Part shown: in pieces, positions 25,559 through 36,177 of the stretch
Layout: each line of letters starts with the position of its first letter
Numbering within the stretch: position 1 is the stretch's first letter
NCBI GenBank assembly: GCA_963674965.2
Contig: CAXXFL010000005.1
Coordinates: 800,001-864,000, forward strand
Length of the DNA stretch: 64,000 nucleotides
Origin: a bacterium
Lineage (GTDB): Bacteria > RBG-13-61-14 > DATKZS01
Direction: 5' to 3'
Program-made: the position numbers and the translations under genes
Notes under the pieces: generated by a model
Database searches by the model: none
The model's input: the letters and a program-made list of their open reading frames with translations, nothing else
Told to the model about the DNA's origin: nothing

Positions 25559-26893
25559 ATGAAAAATAAAAGGATAATACAAGGATTGAGAACTATCTCG
25601 TCCATCGCCTCGGGAAGGCCGCCGGGCCAGGTCGTAATCCAATATTCCGACGCATGCAACGCCTCGTGCCCCCAATGCGAGCTTCGCGCCTCCAACCTTT
25701 TTCCCCGCTCCCGCGTGCCTCTTGACGATATTAAACGAGCCATCGACCGAGCGGCAAAAACGGGAGTCCGGGCCCTCAGCGTCACGGGCGGCGAGCCATT
25801 TCTTTTCCGGCGCGAACTGATCGAGATATTGACCTACGCCCGCGAGGCCGGCATACCTTACACCCGCACCGGAACCAACGGCTTCCCGTTCAGGAACTCG
25901 GACGGCCCGGGCTGGGAGAAAAGGATCAGAAACCTGGCCCGGGAATTGGCCGAATCGGGTGTCTATACTTTATGGATCAGCGTGGACTCGGCCGACGCCG
26001 GGACGCACGAAAAGATGAGGGGACTGCCCGGCGTGATCCGGGGCATCGAGAAGGCCCTGCCGATTTTTCACGAGCACGGCGTATATCCCGCCGCCAACCT
26101 GGGAGTCAACCGCAACGTGGGAGGCGAATGGAAGTCACTCGCGGATGGACGCCGGTGGCTCGGCGAGCGGGAAACCTACCTCATCTTCCGGAGGTCGTTT
26201 GCCGACTTTTACAATTTCGTCATCGGCCTGGGCTTTACCATGGCCAACGCCTGTTATCCCATGAGCTCGGGAGGTTTTGCCGACGGCCTCGATTCCGTTT
26301 ACGGGGCCTCGAGCGCCGACGAGGTGGTGAACTTCTCGGACAAGGAAAAGGCCTCGGTCTTCGCCGCCCTGTTCGACGTCATTCCCGCCTTCCGGGACAA
26401 GATCAGGATATTCACTCCGCGCTGCTCGCTTTACTCCCTGATAAGGCGCCACTCGGGAAAGGAAGAGCCGGGCTACGCCTGCCGGGGAGGGATCGACTAT
26501 TTCTTTATCAGCGCCGCGAGCGGCAACGTCTATCCCTGCGGTTTCCGAGGGACCGAGGACCTGGGAAAATTCTGGGAGATGAAACTGGATAAAAACGAAA
26601 AGCCCTCCTGCCGGCTCTGCGACTGGGAGTGCTTTCGGGACCCGTCCGAGCTATTAGGACCCATATTCGAGGCCAGGAACGACCCGGCCGTGCTTTTCCG
26701 GCGAGTGAAAAACGAGCCCGGCTTCATGAGGCTCTGGCTTTTGGACCTCGAGTATTACCGGGCCTGCTCGTTCTTCTCCGGAAGGGTAGCGCCCGATTAT
26801 AAAAGGATGACGAGGGTCGCGAAAAGACAAGTCCGATCGGTCCGCGACCCAGGCCGGCCCCGGGCGCTTGGCGCCGCCGAGGCCCCGGCTTAA
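25559..26893 (+). CDS. Radical SAM protein with C-terminal SPASM/twitch-like Cys motifs
   Basis: CNASCPQC, TGGEP, TNG, CRGG...GNVYPC and CRLCDWEC. Confidence 0.9.
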   Translation: MKNKRIIQGLRTISSIASGRPPGQVVIQYSDACNASCPQCELRASNLFPRSRVPLDDIKRAIDRAAKTGVRALSVTGGEPFLFRRELIEILTYAREAGIPYTRTGTNGFPFRNSDGPGWEKRIRNLARELAESGVYTLWISVDSADAGTHEKMRGLPGVIRGIEKALPIFHEHGVYPAANLGVNRNVGGEWKSLADGRRWLGERETYLIFRRSFADFYNFVIGLGFTMANACYPMSSGGFADGLDSVYGASSADEVVNFSDKEKASVFAALFDVIPAFRDKIRIFTPRCSLYSLIRRHSGKEEPGYACRGGIDYFFISAASGNVYPCGFRGTEDLGKFWEMKLDKNEKPSCRLCDWECFRDPSELLGPIFEARNDPAVLFRRVKNEPGFMRLWLLDLEYYRACSFFSGRVAPDYKRMTRVAKRQVRSVRDPGRPRALGAAEAPA

Positions 26894-26957
26894 GGTCCGC
26901 GTAATATTGGCGGAGGCTCGCGCTCGAAGTTGGACAAGCCGCAAAGGAGATGAAATT

Positions 26958-29435
26958 ATGAAAATCGATCTTCATTTATACTCGAAACTTTCCAAAAGGC
27001 CCTCGATCTGGCTGCTAAAAAAAATAGGCTGCGCCGAAAGTTACGCCGAGCCGGCCGAGCTTTACCGGATAGCCAGGTCCCGGGGCATGGACGGCGTGAC
27101 CATTACCGACCATAACGCCATCGAGGGGGCCCTCGAGATAGCCCATCTTCCAGGCGCCTTCGTGAGCTGCGAGGTGACCACTTATTTTCCCGACGACAAC
27201 TGCAAGCTCCACGTCCTTGTTTACGGGATTTCGGAGGAGCAGTTCCGGGAGATCGACAAGCTTCGCGCCAACGTGTTCGAGTTGGTATCTTATCTAAGAG
27301 AAGAGGGAATATTTCACGCCCTGGCCCATCCCTTTTACGCGGTCAACGACCGCTTGACCGTCGAAAGGGTCGAGCAGTGCGTCCTGCTTTTTAAGTACTT
27401 CGAGCTGAACGGGGACCAGGCCGCCGAGGTCAACGAGGCCATCAGGCGGCTTTTCTCGAGGATACCTATTTCCGAGATCGAGCGCATGAGTAACGTCCAC
27501 GGCCTCGAGCCCGGTTTTGACGAGCCCTGGCGCAAGGTCTTCATCGGTGGTTCCGACGATCACAGCTCCCTTAACGTGGCCAACACCTTCAGCCAAGTGG
27601 AGAATGCCTCGTCGGTAAGCGAGTTTTTCCGCGGAATCGAGCGTGGAGAGGTATCGGTAGAATACTACAAACCGCCCGACCCGCTTTTGATGGCCCACAA
27701 TATTTACGGCGTGGCTTACCAGTTTTACGGCCGGAAGTTCTCGCCCGGACGGATGAGGGAATACAGCCTGATACTGCGGTTCCTGGACGGGATGCTCCGG
27801 GCCGAGCCCCTCAAGGAGACGTCTTTTTTGAAGCGGGTTTACTTTAAGTTCAAGCGGCAGGTCAATCCTCCACCCGAGCCCCCGGGCAAGGCGACCCTTT
27901 CAGAGCTCATCCAATACGAGGCCCAGAAGAAAATTTCCTCCGACCCCGAATTGTCCCGTCTCCTCGACGAGGGGGAATCCTCATCGAGCGAGACCCACAA
28001 GGAATGGTTCGGCTTCGTCAGCCAGGTCAGCGACCGGATTTCGGGAAGACTCGCCCGCGACTTCAGGGACAGGCTGTCGGGGGCCAATCCCCTCGAGATG
28101 TTCGGCGCCCTCGGGGGGGCCGGGGCCCTCTACGCCACCCTGGCGCCTTATTTCATTTCCTACTCCCTGTACAGCCGGGGAATACGGTTCGCCGAGACGG
28201 TGGAAAAAAGGTTTCACGGAGACGCCACCAAACGCGTCGAGCCCAAGGTGGTGGTCTTTACCGATACCTTCGACGAGATAAACGGAGTGGCCCGCACCTG
28301 GAACAAGAACGTTCGTCTCGCCGCTCGCTCGGGCAAGAAGCTGACCGTGGTTACCTGCTCTTCAGCGGGAGGCCGGGAGGAGGCCGGACCGGGCGTTAAG
28401 TATTTCAAGCCCGTCGAGGTCTTCGAGACGCCCGAGTACCCCGAGCAAAAGCTTTTCATCCCTCCCTTCCTGGAGATGCTGAGGTATTGCTACGAAAACA
28501 ACTTCACTCACGTTCACGGGGCCACGCCCGGCCCGCTTGGACTGGCGGCCCTGGCGGCGGCCAGGCTTTTAAAGCTTCCCTTTTACACCACTTATCACAC
28601 CTCCGTGCCCGAGTACGCGCTATATCTTACGGGCGACCGCTCGGTCGAGGACCTTTTGTGGAGGTTCATCGTATGGTTTTACGATCAGTCGGACCTTATA
28701 TTCTCTCCTTCCCTGGCGACCTCGAGGGGGCTCGTCAGCCACGGCGTTCCCGAGTACAAGCTCCGACTCATGCCAAGAGGAGTGGACGCCGAGGCCTTCA
28801 CCCCCGCGAGGCGCCGCGAGTACCCGGGCCTTCCAGCGGGCAAAAGACTCCTTTACGTGGGCAGGGTCTCGAGGGAGAAAAACCTCGAGCTTCTGGGCAA
28901 GGCCTTTAAGATGCTCTCGGCCGCGGAAAAGGAAGCGCGCCTGGTGGTGGTGGGAGACGGACCTTACCTCAAGGAGATGAAGCGGGAAATGGAGGGATAC
29001 CCCTGCTTCTTCACGGGCTATAAGGAGGGCGAGGAGTTGGCCTCGATCTACGCCTCATGCGACCTGTTCGTCTTTCCCAGCGCCACCGACACCTTCGGGA
29101 ACGTGGTGCTCGAGGCCCAGGCCAGCGGCCTTCCCGTCATCGTCACGGACAAGGGCGGCCCCAAGGAGAACCTCCTGCCCGAGCGCACGGGCCTGGTGGT
29201 GGAGGCCAACGACGCGGGAGCCCTGTTCCAGGCCTCGCGCCGACTGCTGGCCAGCCCCGAGCGGGCCGAAGAAATGGGCCGAAACGCCAGGCTTTACGCC
29301 GAGACCAGGTCATTCGACAAAGCCTTTAACCGCTACTGGGACCTCTATAAAACCAGCCCACCCAACGCCTTCCCAAAAAAGGATAGCCAAAGCGGCGACG
29401 AGAACGGCTCGGAGTCCTTGATCAAAACTGCCTGA
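26958..29435 (+). CDS. PHP-domain / GT4 (GT-B) glycosyltransferase fusion
   Basis: KIDLH, ITDHN, AHP and GGSDDH (PHP); FTDTFDEINGV, YVGRVSREKN and DTFGNVVLEAQASG (GT4); AAGGAG RBS. Confidence 0.9.
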   Translation: MKIDLHLYSKLSKRPSIWLLKKIGCAESYAEPAELYRIARSRGMDGVTITDHNAIEGALEIAHLPGAFVSCEVTTYFPDDNCKLHVLVYGISEEQFREIDKLRANVFELVSYLREEGIFHALAHPFYAVNDRLTVERVEQCVLLFKYFELNGDQAAEVNEAIRRLFSRIPISEIERMSNVHGLEPGFDEPWRKVFIGGSDDHSSLNVANTFSQVENASSVSEFFRGIERGEVSVEYYKPPDPLLMAHNIYGVAYQFYGRKFSPGRMREYSLILRFLDGMLRAEPLKETSFLKRVYFKFKRQVNPPPEPPGKATLSELIQYEAQKKISSDPELSRLLDEGESSSSETHKEWFGFVSQVSDRISGRLARDFRDRLSGANPLEMFGALGGAGALYATLAPYFISYSLYSRGIRFAETVEKRFHGDATKRVEPKVVVFTDTFDEINGVARTWNKNVRLAARSGKKLTVVTCSSAGGREEAGPGVKYFKPVEVFETPEYPEQKLFIPPFLEMLRYCYENNFTHVHGATPGPLGLAALAAARLLKLPFYTTYHTSVPEYALYLTGDRSVEDLLWRFIVWFYDQSDLIFSPSLATSRGLVSHGVPEYKLRLMPRGVDAEAFTPARRREYPGLPAGKRLLYVGRVSREKNLELLGKAFKMLSAAEKEARLVVVGDGPYLKEMKREMEGYPCFFTGYKEGEELASIYASCDLFVFPSATDTFGNVVLEAQASGLPVIVTDKGGPKENLLPERTGLVVEANDAGALFQASRRLLASPERAEEMGRNARLYAETRSFDKAFNRYWDLYKTSPPNAFPKKDSQSGDENGSESLIKTA

Positions 29436-29519
29436 TTGGAGAGCGGCTCGAGCTCACGGGCAAGTCGCGTTCTCCGATGGCGTCGCGTCGCGCCGTTGTT
29501 CGCCTTGAGTACGGTTTAC

Positions 29520-29540
29520 AAAAAAGCCGCGGGCCGCGGC
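29520..29540 (-). terminator. Putative terminator after mglA
   Basis: On the - strand: GCCGCG-GCC-CGCGGC-TTTTTT. Confidence 0.55.
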
Positions 29541-29656
29541 CTGACCCGATCCCGTCCCGGCTGGAGTGGATTGAGGCGCCGAGGCGCAATGTATGATTGA
29601 GGTTCAAACGCGAAAGGGACGCGGTTTTCCGCGTCCCCATGGATAATCGGCTGAAG

Positions 29657-30244
29657 TTATTTCCCTTTTCTGAGTTCCTGGAGCACGAGTTTGGCCACGG
29701 CCTTGAGGGTGTCGAAGACCCCCTGTCCGGTCACGGCGCAGGCCTCGAACTCGGGCACGCCCATGGGGTTGAGTTCGCGCCGGAGCTCGTCCATGGGGGT
29801 GGCGTTGGGCAGGTCCCTTTTGTTGTACTGGACCACGTAGGGAATTTTCTTGAGGTCGTAGCCGTGTTCCTCGAGGTTGATGCCCAGGTTCTCGAGGCTT
29901 TCGATGTTGGCCTCCATCCTTTCCTCCTGGGAGTCAGCGACGAAGACGACCCCGTCCACGCCCTTGAGGATGAGTTTTCTGGAGGCGTCGTAGAAGACCT
30001 GACCGGGAACGGTGTAAAGGTGGAAGCGGGTCTTGAAGCCCCGAATCTCGCCCAGGGAGAGGGGCAGGAAGTCGAAGAAGAGCGTCCTTTCCGTCTCGGT
30101 GGCGAGGGAGATCATCTTCCCCTTGGCCTGCGGGTTGGTCTTGTCGTAAATGTATTGCAGGTTCGTGGTCTTACCGCAGAGCCCGGGACCGTAATACACG
30201 ATCTTGCAATTGATCTCGCGTGAAGAGTAGTTAATGAACGACAT
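29657..30244 (-). CDS. mglA: Ras-like small GTPase MglA
   Basis: [48 protein letters not shown] and NKRD. Confidence 0.97.
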   Translation of the reverse strand: MSFINYSSREINCKIVYYGPGLCGKTTNLQYIYDKTNPQAKGKMISLATETERTLFFDFLPLSLGEIRGFKTRFHLYTVPGQVFYDASRKLILKGVDGVVFVADSQEERMEANIESLENLGINLEEHGYDLKKIPYVVQYNKRDLPNATPMDELRRELNPMGVPEFEACAVTGQGVFDTLKAVAKLVLQELRKGK

Positions 30245-30277
30245 GTCTGGTTCTACTCCTTGATGAGCGGCGCTTTA

Positions 30278-30775
30278 TTATTCACTGAAGAGGTTGTCGA
30301 TGTCATCGTCGGTAATCTCGGCGAACGGCGACGCCCCCGCCGCGGCTCCCGCGGCCTCGGCTTCCGCTTTCTTCATCAAGTTGTTAAAAATTACCGTCAG
30401 CTCGTCGCTGGCTTTCTTGACCCGGAGCCGTACCAGTCCAAGACTGGAGCGGGCGTCGAATATGACCACCAGGATGACCCTCATGCCCACTATCGAGATA
30501 TGAAGGTTGTCCCGCTCCCCCTCATGGAAAAGGATCGAGAACTCCTTTTCGCCGAGAAGCTTGGCGAGACCGCCCGTGGCCGCGATGTTTCCGGCGGTCA
30601 AGGAAGCAAGGCTGGTCGTGTCGAGGTTCTCGGTCTCGCCGTGGGCCGCTATCAACTGCCCGTTTTTATCCACCAGGAAAACGACCTTGGCGTTGGCGTC
30701 CTTGACCAGTTTTTCCAGAACCTGACTGATCTGGTGGAACTCCTCTTCATACATCACCATACCGGGGCCTGGCAT
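30278..30775 (-). CDS. mglB: Roadblock/LC7 GTPase-activating protein MglB
   Basis: FLVDKNGQLIA...LASLTAGNIAATGGLAKL..EKEF...SSLGLVRLRVK and PFAEITDDDIDNLF. Confidence 0.96.
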   Translation of the reverse strand: MPGPGMVMYEEEFHQISQVLEKLVKDANAKVVFLVDKNGQLIAAHGETENLDTTSLASLTAGNIAATGGLAKLLGEKEFSILFHEGERDNLHISIVGMRVILVVIFDARSSLGLVRLRVKKASDELTVIFNNLMKKAEAEAAGAAAGASPFAEITDDDIDNLFSE

Positions 30776-30878
30776 CCTCGCGTCTCCTTATCTTTGCCTT
30801 TTTAATTTACAAGAAATTATTCAGTTAACATAGCAAACTAGATGGACAAGTGCAAACCGCCGCCCACCCCTCGATCAA

Positions 30879-31823
30879 TCAGCCCTTCACGTTCACGCAT
30901 TTTTTCCGGAGAAGCTCCCATTCACGGTCAACCTTTTCCTGGATGTCCTGCACCTGGTCCGGAGTAAGGTGGCGGAAACGCCCGTGACCCTTGAAATATT
31001 CCTCCACGGGCTTCCTGTTCTTAAAGTCCATGCTTAAATGATACTCCCTGTCGATCACCTCGTAAAGCGGGAAGATACCCGTCTGCGTCGCCAGCTTGCC
31101 GTACTCGATGGCCTTTTCCGCGGGAATGCGCCAGCCCGTCGGACAAACGGACATGACGTGCACGTAGGCCGGTCCAGGCGTCTCGACGGCCCTCTTGGCC
31201 TTTTTGTACAAGTCCAGCGGAAACGCGGAGTTGGCCGTGGCCACGTAGGGCACGTGGTGGGCGGCCGCTATCTCGGGCATGGGCTTTTTCCAGGTTTTCT
31301 GTCCGAAGCTTTCGCTGCCCGCGGGCGAGGTGGTGGTCGAGGCCCCGAAGGGGGTCGAGGACGACCTTTGAATGCCCGTGTTCATGTAGGCCTCGTTGTC
31401 CACGCAGAAAAAGGTCATGTCATGGCCGCGCTCGAGGGCGCCGGAAAGGGCCTGGAGACCGATGTCGGCCGTGCCCCCGTCTCCGGCCATGCCGATGACG
31501 TGAATTTTCTTTTGGGGAATGCGGCCTTTTTTCATGAGAATCTTGAGTCCGGCCTCCACTCCCGAGGCCACGGCCGCCGAGTTCTCGAAGGCCACGTGAA
31601 TCCAGGGCACCTTCCAAGAGGTGGTGGGAAGAGGAGAACTGATGATCTCCATGCAGCCCGTGCTCATGGCCATGATAGTGTCCGGACCCGTGGCCTTGAG
31701 GATTATGCGCACGCTCAGCGCCTCGGCGCATCCCTGGCAGGCCCGGTGGCCGCTGGCAAGATACTCCTCCCTGGGAAGGGTTTTGGGATTAACCTTTTCC
31801 TTTTTCTCGGCTGTATCGTTCAT
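30879..31823 (-). CDS. porB: Pyruvate/2-oxoacid:ferredoxin oxidoreductase beta subunit
   Basis: GHRACQGC, GDGGTADIG, DNEAYMNTGIQRS and CPTGW. Confidence 0.93.
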   Translation of the reverse strand: MNDTAEKKEKVNPKTLPREEYLASGHRACQGCAEALSVRIILKATGPDTIMAMSTGCMEIISSPLPTTSWKVPWIHVAFENSAAVASGVEAGLKILMKKGRIPQKKIHVIGMAGDGGTADIGLQALSGALERGHDMTFFCVDNEAYMNTGIQRSSSTPFGASTTTSPAGSESFGQKTWKKPMPEIAAAHHVPYVATANSAFPLDLYKKAKRAVETPGPAYVHVMSVCPTGWRIPAEKAIEYGKLATQTGIFPLYEVIDREYHLSMDFKNRKPVEEYFKGHGRFRHLTPDQVQDIQEKVDREWELLRKKCVNVKG

Positions 31824-32995
31824 TCGCGCACCCCGTAAATTTCATATTCGTCATCACGGCCGGAATCCACCTTCTCCCCGGCCAGTTTGGCCATCTCGAT
31901 AAAGGCCTCCGGCTGCACGTCCCGGCCCGCGAGACCGACGATAAAGTCGACCACCTTGGGACGGTCGGCCATCGAGTAGAGTTGACTCCGTAGCTCCGAG
32001 GCCACGGGACCGCCGAAACCGAAGCTCAGCGCCCGGTCAATCACGATAAGGACCTGGGCGCCCTCGACGGCCTTCTTGAACTCCTCCACCGGGAAGGGCC
32101 GCCAGAGCCGAATCTTGACCAGACCAACCTCCTGGCCCGCGCCGCGCATCTCGTCCACCGCCACGCTGGCCGTCTCGCCCATGCTGCCCATGGTTATGAA
32201 AAGGGTCTTGGCCCCCTCGGTCTTGTAGGTCTCGACGGCCTTGTACTCCCGGCCCGTCAGTTCCTTCCACTCCTCCCAGGCCTTGAGGCAGGCCGGCTTG
32301 GATTGAACCAGGGCGTCCTCCTGGGCCATCTTGGTCTCCGTGAAAAGCTCGGGCATGGCGAAGGCCCCCATGGTGACCGGCTTGTCCGGATGGAGGGTGT
32401 GGATGGGCCTGAACTGGGGAAGGTATTTTTCCACCGTCTTCTGGTCCACGAACTCGATGGGCTCGATAACGTGGGAAAGGATAAACCCGTCCATGTTCAG
32501 GATGGTGGGAAGCATTACCCCACGATCCTCAGCCACGCGGAAGCTCCAGAACACGTGGTCGTAGGCCTCCTGCCCGTTCTCGACGAAGACCTGGACCCAG
32601 CCGCAGTCCCTTATCATCATCACGTCCGAGTGGTCGTTCCAGATCGAGAGGGGCGATGAAAGCGACCTGTTAACCAGGGCCATCACCACGGGAAGACGCA
32701 TGGCCGAGGCGATGAACACTATCTCGCTCATGAGGGCGAGTCCCTGCGAGGCCGTCGAGGTAAAAGTCCTGGCCCCCGCCGCCGAGGTGCCGCAGCAAAC
32801 GCTCATGGCCGAGTGCTCGCTCTCGACGAGGATGAACTCCGCGGACAGGTGTCCGTCGGCCACCAGCTCGGAGAGGTGCTCGACGATGTGAGTCTGCGGC
32901 GTGATGGGGTAGGCCGCGATGCAGTCAACGTCGCACTGGCCCACCGCCTCGGCCACGGCTATGGATATCTCTATTCCTACTCTGCCCTGGCGCAT
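31820..32995 (-). CDS. porA: Pyruvate/2-oxoacid:ferredoxin oxidoreductase alpha subunit
   Basis: AYPITPQT, ESEHSA, TSTASQGL and WNDHSD. Confidence 0.94.
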   Translation of the reverse strand: MRQGRVGIEISIAVAEAVGQCDVDCIAAYPITPQTHIVEHLSELVADGHLSAEFILVESEHSAMSVCCGTSAAGARTFTSTASQGLALMSEIVFIASAMRLPVVMALVNRSLSSPLSIWNDHSDVMMIRDCGWVQVFVENGQEAYDHVFWSFRVAEDRGVMLPTILNMDGFILSHVIEPIEFVDQKTVEKYLPQFRPIHTLHPDKPVTMGAFAMPELFTETKMAQEDALVQSKPACLKAWEEWKELTGREYKAVETYKTEGAKTLFITMGSMGETASVAVDEMRGAGQEVGLVKIRLWRPFPVEEFKKAVEGAQVLIVIDRALSFGFGGPVASELRSQLYSMADRPKVVDFIVGLAGRDVQPEAFIEMAKLAGEKVDSGRDDEYEIYGVRE

Positions 32996-32996
32996 G

Positions 32997-33287
32997 TCAC
33001 TCCTCCTCCACCATCTTGATCGCGTCCTTTGGACATATGTCCGCGCAGATGCCGCAGCCCTTGCAGTAATCCAGGTTGGCCACGTATACCTCGTCGTCCC
33101 GCTGGTAGATGGCCGCGTCGGGGCAATACATCCAGCACTGGGCGCACTTGATGCACTTCTCCTCGTCCACGATGGGACGCTGGCTCCGCCACGAGCCCGT
33201 CAGGTACTCCGAGGCGTTGCCCGGCTCGAGAATGACGCAGCCCACCTCGAGTTCCCTCCAGCCTATTTTATCCATCGGCTTGGTCAT
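32997..33287 (-). CDS. porD: POR delta subunit (2x4Fe-4S)
   Basis: TGSWR..RP, CIKCAQCWMYCP and YCKGCGICADICP. Confidence 0.93.
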   Translation of the reverse strand: MTKPMDKIGWRELEVGCVILEPGNASEYLTGSWRSQRPIVDEEKCIKCAQCWMYCPDAAIYQRDDEVYVANLDYCKGCGICADICPKDAIKMVEEE

Positions 33288-33290
33288 GGG

Positions 33291-33839
33291 TCACTCCTTG
33301 ATTTCCGTCTCGTCAAAGGCGCGCTTGACCGCGTTCCAGTTGATCGAGGCGATCTTTCCGAAGCGCTGGTTCAGCGGTTCCTCGAGGCTCTCGAGCTTGA
33401 CTATGCCCGTGGCCTTGACCAGGGCCCCCATCATGGCCGTGTTGGTAATGGGCCTTTTCAGCTCGTCCCAGGCTATCCGGGTGGCGTCCACCAGGGCGAT
33501 CCTGGCCTTGAGCCCGTAACGCTCCCGAAGGGCCATAACGTCCTCGTTGGAATTGATGATAAGAAGGCCGTTCTCCTTAAGCCCGCTGGTGGGGTCCACC
33601 ACGTCAAGGAGCTTGGGATCGAGGACGATGGCCGCGTCCGGACGCTTGACCTGGGCCCGAAGCCGGATGCGCTCGCCGTCGACGCGACAGAAGGCCATCA
33701 CGGGCGCTCCCCGCCTCTCCGGTCCAAAGGCCGGAAAAGCCTGGCTGAAGCGGCCCTCCTTAACCGCGGCCTGGGCGACCAGCTCGGCCGTCGTGACCGC
33801 GCCTTGTCCGCCCCTGCCGTGAAACCTGATTTCTAGCAT
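33291..33839 (-). CDS. porC: POR gamma subunit
   Basis: MLEIRFHGRGGQG and FGPERRGAPV. Confidence 0.94.
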   Translation of the reverse strand: MLEIRFHGRGGQGAVTTAELVAQAAVKEGRFSQAFPAFGPERRGAPVMAFCRVDGERIRLRAQVKRPDAAIVLDPKLLDVVDPTSGLKENGLLIINSNEDVMALRERYGLKARIALVDATRIAWDELKRPITNTAMMGALVKATGIVKLESLEEPLNQRFGKIASINWNAVKRAFDETEIKE

Positions 33840-34322
33840 GTTACCGAGCCTCCCTGCTGATCTAAGACCGGAAAAGAAATCCAAGGCCCAGGGTCAAGAT
33901 ACATCCTTTTTACAGCCGAATACTCCGAAAAGAAGTGAGGAGGAAAAGCCCTCCTTAATGGCCGGCAAGGCCATGGGTCCCTAATCTCCGATCAACGCGG
34001 TAAAGATTTATATCACAAGCTCATGGCTCGCGCAAACGGCGCGTTAACTTTTTTCCCGCTTTCGGAAGATAAAAATTTGCCAAGGCGCGGGGAAAAAAGC
34101 CCTTTCCCTTGAAACCGGGCGTAAAGAGTTTTAATATCCTATATGCCGCTGGAGGGAAAATAAAGCCGCGCCCCGTCCGGCGCCCAGGCGCCATCCGCAA
34201 AAAGAAATTTTAGGCCGCGTCCGGGTCCGGGCATTCCGAAAAGGAACAATCACGATCGACAATGGGGTCTTCATTTATTCTCTTGACGGCGCGTTAAATA
34301 ATGCGTTCGAGCGAGGTGTAAA

Positions 34323-35273
34323 ATGAGCGAGTCAAGACGCGTTCCTCTTTTGATAGTGGGGGGCGGACCGGCGGGTTTGACGTCGGCCATTTACTCTTTG
34401 CGCTCGGGGATCGAGTGCGAGGTTATCGAGCGGGCGGTCCCCGGCGGCCAGGTTTTCATAGCCGACAGGATAGAGAATTATCCGGGTTTTATCGATCCCA
34501 TAGCGGGATCGGAGCTTAGCGACCGCATGAAGGCCCAGGCCGAGCGCTTCGGCGCCAGGATCATTCAGGACGAGGTGGTCAAGGTCGAGGTGGAAGGCGA
34601 CCTGAAAAAGGTGACCCTTCAGCGCGGCGGCCAGGTCGCGTGCGACGCCCTGGTGGTGGCCACCGGCTCGAGGCCCAGACAGCTTGGCATTCCCGGCGAG
34701 ATGGAGCTGTGGGGCCGGGGCGTCAGCTACTGCGCCACCTGCGACGGCAACTTCTTTCGAGGTCAGAAGCTGGCGGTCATAGGGGGGGGCGACAGCGCCT
34801 GTCAGGAGGCGTCCATGCTCTCCCACCTGGCGAGCGAGGTGTACATCATCCACCGGCGCGACCAGTTCCGGGCCCAGGAGTACATCGTGCAGTGCGCCAT
34901 GAGCGAGCCCAACGTGAAGGTCTTATGGGACACCGTGGCCGAGCGCGTCGAGGGCAAGGACGAGGTCAAGGGCGTGAGTATCAGGAACGTCAAGACGGGG
35001 GAGGAATCCCTGATCGAGGTGCAGGGAGTTTTTATTTACGTGGGTCTTATTCCCCTGACCGATTTCCTTCAAGGCGTGGTCGAGCTGAGCGGCGAGGGCT
35101 ACGTGGCGGCGGGGGAGGATACCATAACCTCGGTACCCGGCATATTCGCGGCCGGCGACTGCCGCGTCAAGCCGCTTCGCCAGGTGGCCACGGCCGTGGC
35201 CGACGGGGCCAACGCCATAAGGTCGATGGAGATGTACTTCATCGAGCGGGGAATCTCGAGCAGGTATGTCTGA
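34323..35273 (+). CDS. trxB: Thioredoxin reductase
   Basis: GGGPAG, GVSYCATCDG, GGGDSA, HRRD and FAAGD. Confidence 0.95.
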   Translation: MSESRRVPLLIVGGGPAGLTSAIYSLRSGIECEVIERAVPGGQVFIADRIENYPGFIDPIAGSELSDRMKAQAERFGARIIQDEVVKVEVEGDLKKVTLQRGGQVACDALVVATGSRPRQLGIPGEMELWGRGVSYCATCDGNFFRGQKLAVIGGGDSACQEASMLSHLASEVYIIHRRDQFRAQEYIVQCAMSEPNVKVLWDTVAERVEGKDEVKGVSIRNVKTGEESLIEVQGVFIYVGLIPLTDFLQGVVELSGEGYVAAGEDTITSVPGIFAAGDCRVKPLRQVATAVADGANAIRSMEMYFIERGISSRYV

Positions 35274-36177
35274 TCAAGACAATGTCGTCCCCGGCTGGAT
35301 CGAGTTTCAGCTCGGCGGGTCCCTGGCGGCCCTCGAGCTTTTCGCGGATTTCATGGACGAGATGGGCGCGGGAGGCGCGGTGTTCTCCGAGGACCCCGCG
35401 GGAGAGGAAGGGTCCCAGATGGTGACGGCCTTTTTATCCTCGGCCAAGGCCGGTCCCCAGACGATGAACGCGGTCAAGGACAAGGCCGACGAGCTTGGAC
35501 GTCGTTTTCCCCTCGGCTGGCGGGGCCTTTCCGTGACCAGGGTCGAGGACCGGGACTGGGCCGAGGAATGGAAAAAGGGACTCGAGCCCGAGCGCCTCGA
35601 GCCGGGGCTGTGGGTGGTTCCCAGCCACAAGGACGTTCCCAGGGAGGCCGAGTCGGAGAAGGTGCTCCGCATAGACCCGGGCATGGCCTTCGGCACCGGC
35701 GCCCATCACACCACCAGGATGTGCGTCGAGTTGGTGGCCAGGGCGGCCATGGAGGGCGCGACCTCGATGCTGGACATTGGGACGGGCACGGGTATACTGG
35801 CCATGACGGGGATTTTATTCGGAGTTAAAAAGGCCTCGGCCGTGGATATAGACCCCACGGCGCTTAGGACGGCCAAAGAGAACGCCCTGGCCAACGGGCT
35901 TTCGGCGAGCATCGAGTTCGGGAGCGGAATATCCGACGCTAATGAAACGGTACCCGGCGGTCCTTTCGACCTCGTCTCGGCCAACCTCTTCGCCGAGGCC
36001 CTGGCCGAGCTTATGCCCTTTATGGCCCGCCACCTCCGGCCCGGGGGCAAGCTGGTTTTATCGGGGATAATCAACGAGAGGGAAGAATTGGTTGACCGCT
36101 CGCTTGCAAATTCGCGTCTAAAGGTAGTAAAAAGGCTTAAGGAGGAAGGATGGACGGCAATCCTGGCAGAACGATAA
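35266..36177 (+). CDS. prmA: Ribosomal protein L11 methyltransferase
   Basis: DWAEEWK, IDPGMAFGTGAH.TT, LDIGTGTGILA and LSGI. Confidence 0.95.
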   Translation: MSDQDNVVPGWIEFQLGGSLAALELFADFMDEMGAGGAVFSEDPAGEEGSQMVTAFLSSAKAGPQTMNAVKDKADELGRRFPLGWRGLSVTRVEDRDWAEEWKKGLEPERLEPGLWVVPSHKDVPREAESEKVLRIDPGMAFGTGAHHTTRMCVELVARAAMEGATSMLDIGTGTGILAMTGILFGVKKASAVDIDPTALRTAKENALANGLSASIEFGSGISDANETVPGGPFDLVSANLFAEALAELMPFMARHLRPGGKLVLSGIINEREELVDRSLANSRLKVVKRLKEEGWTAILAER

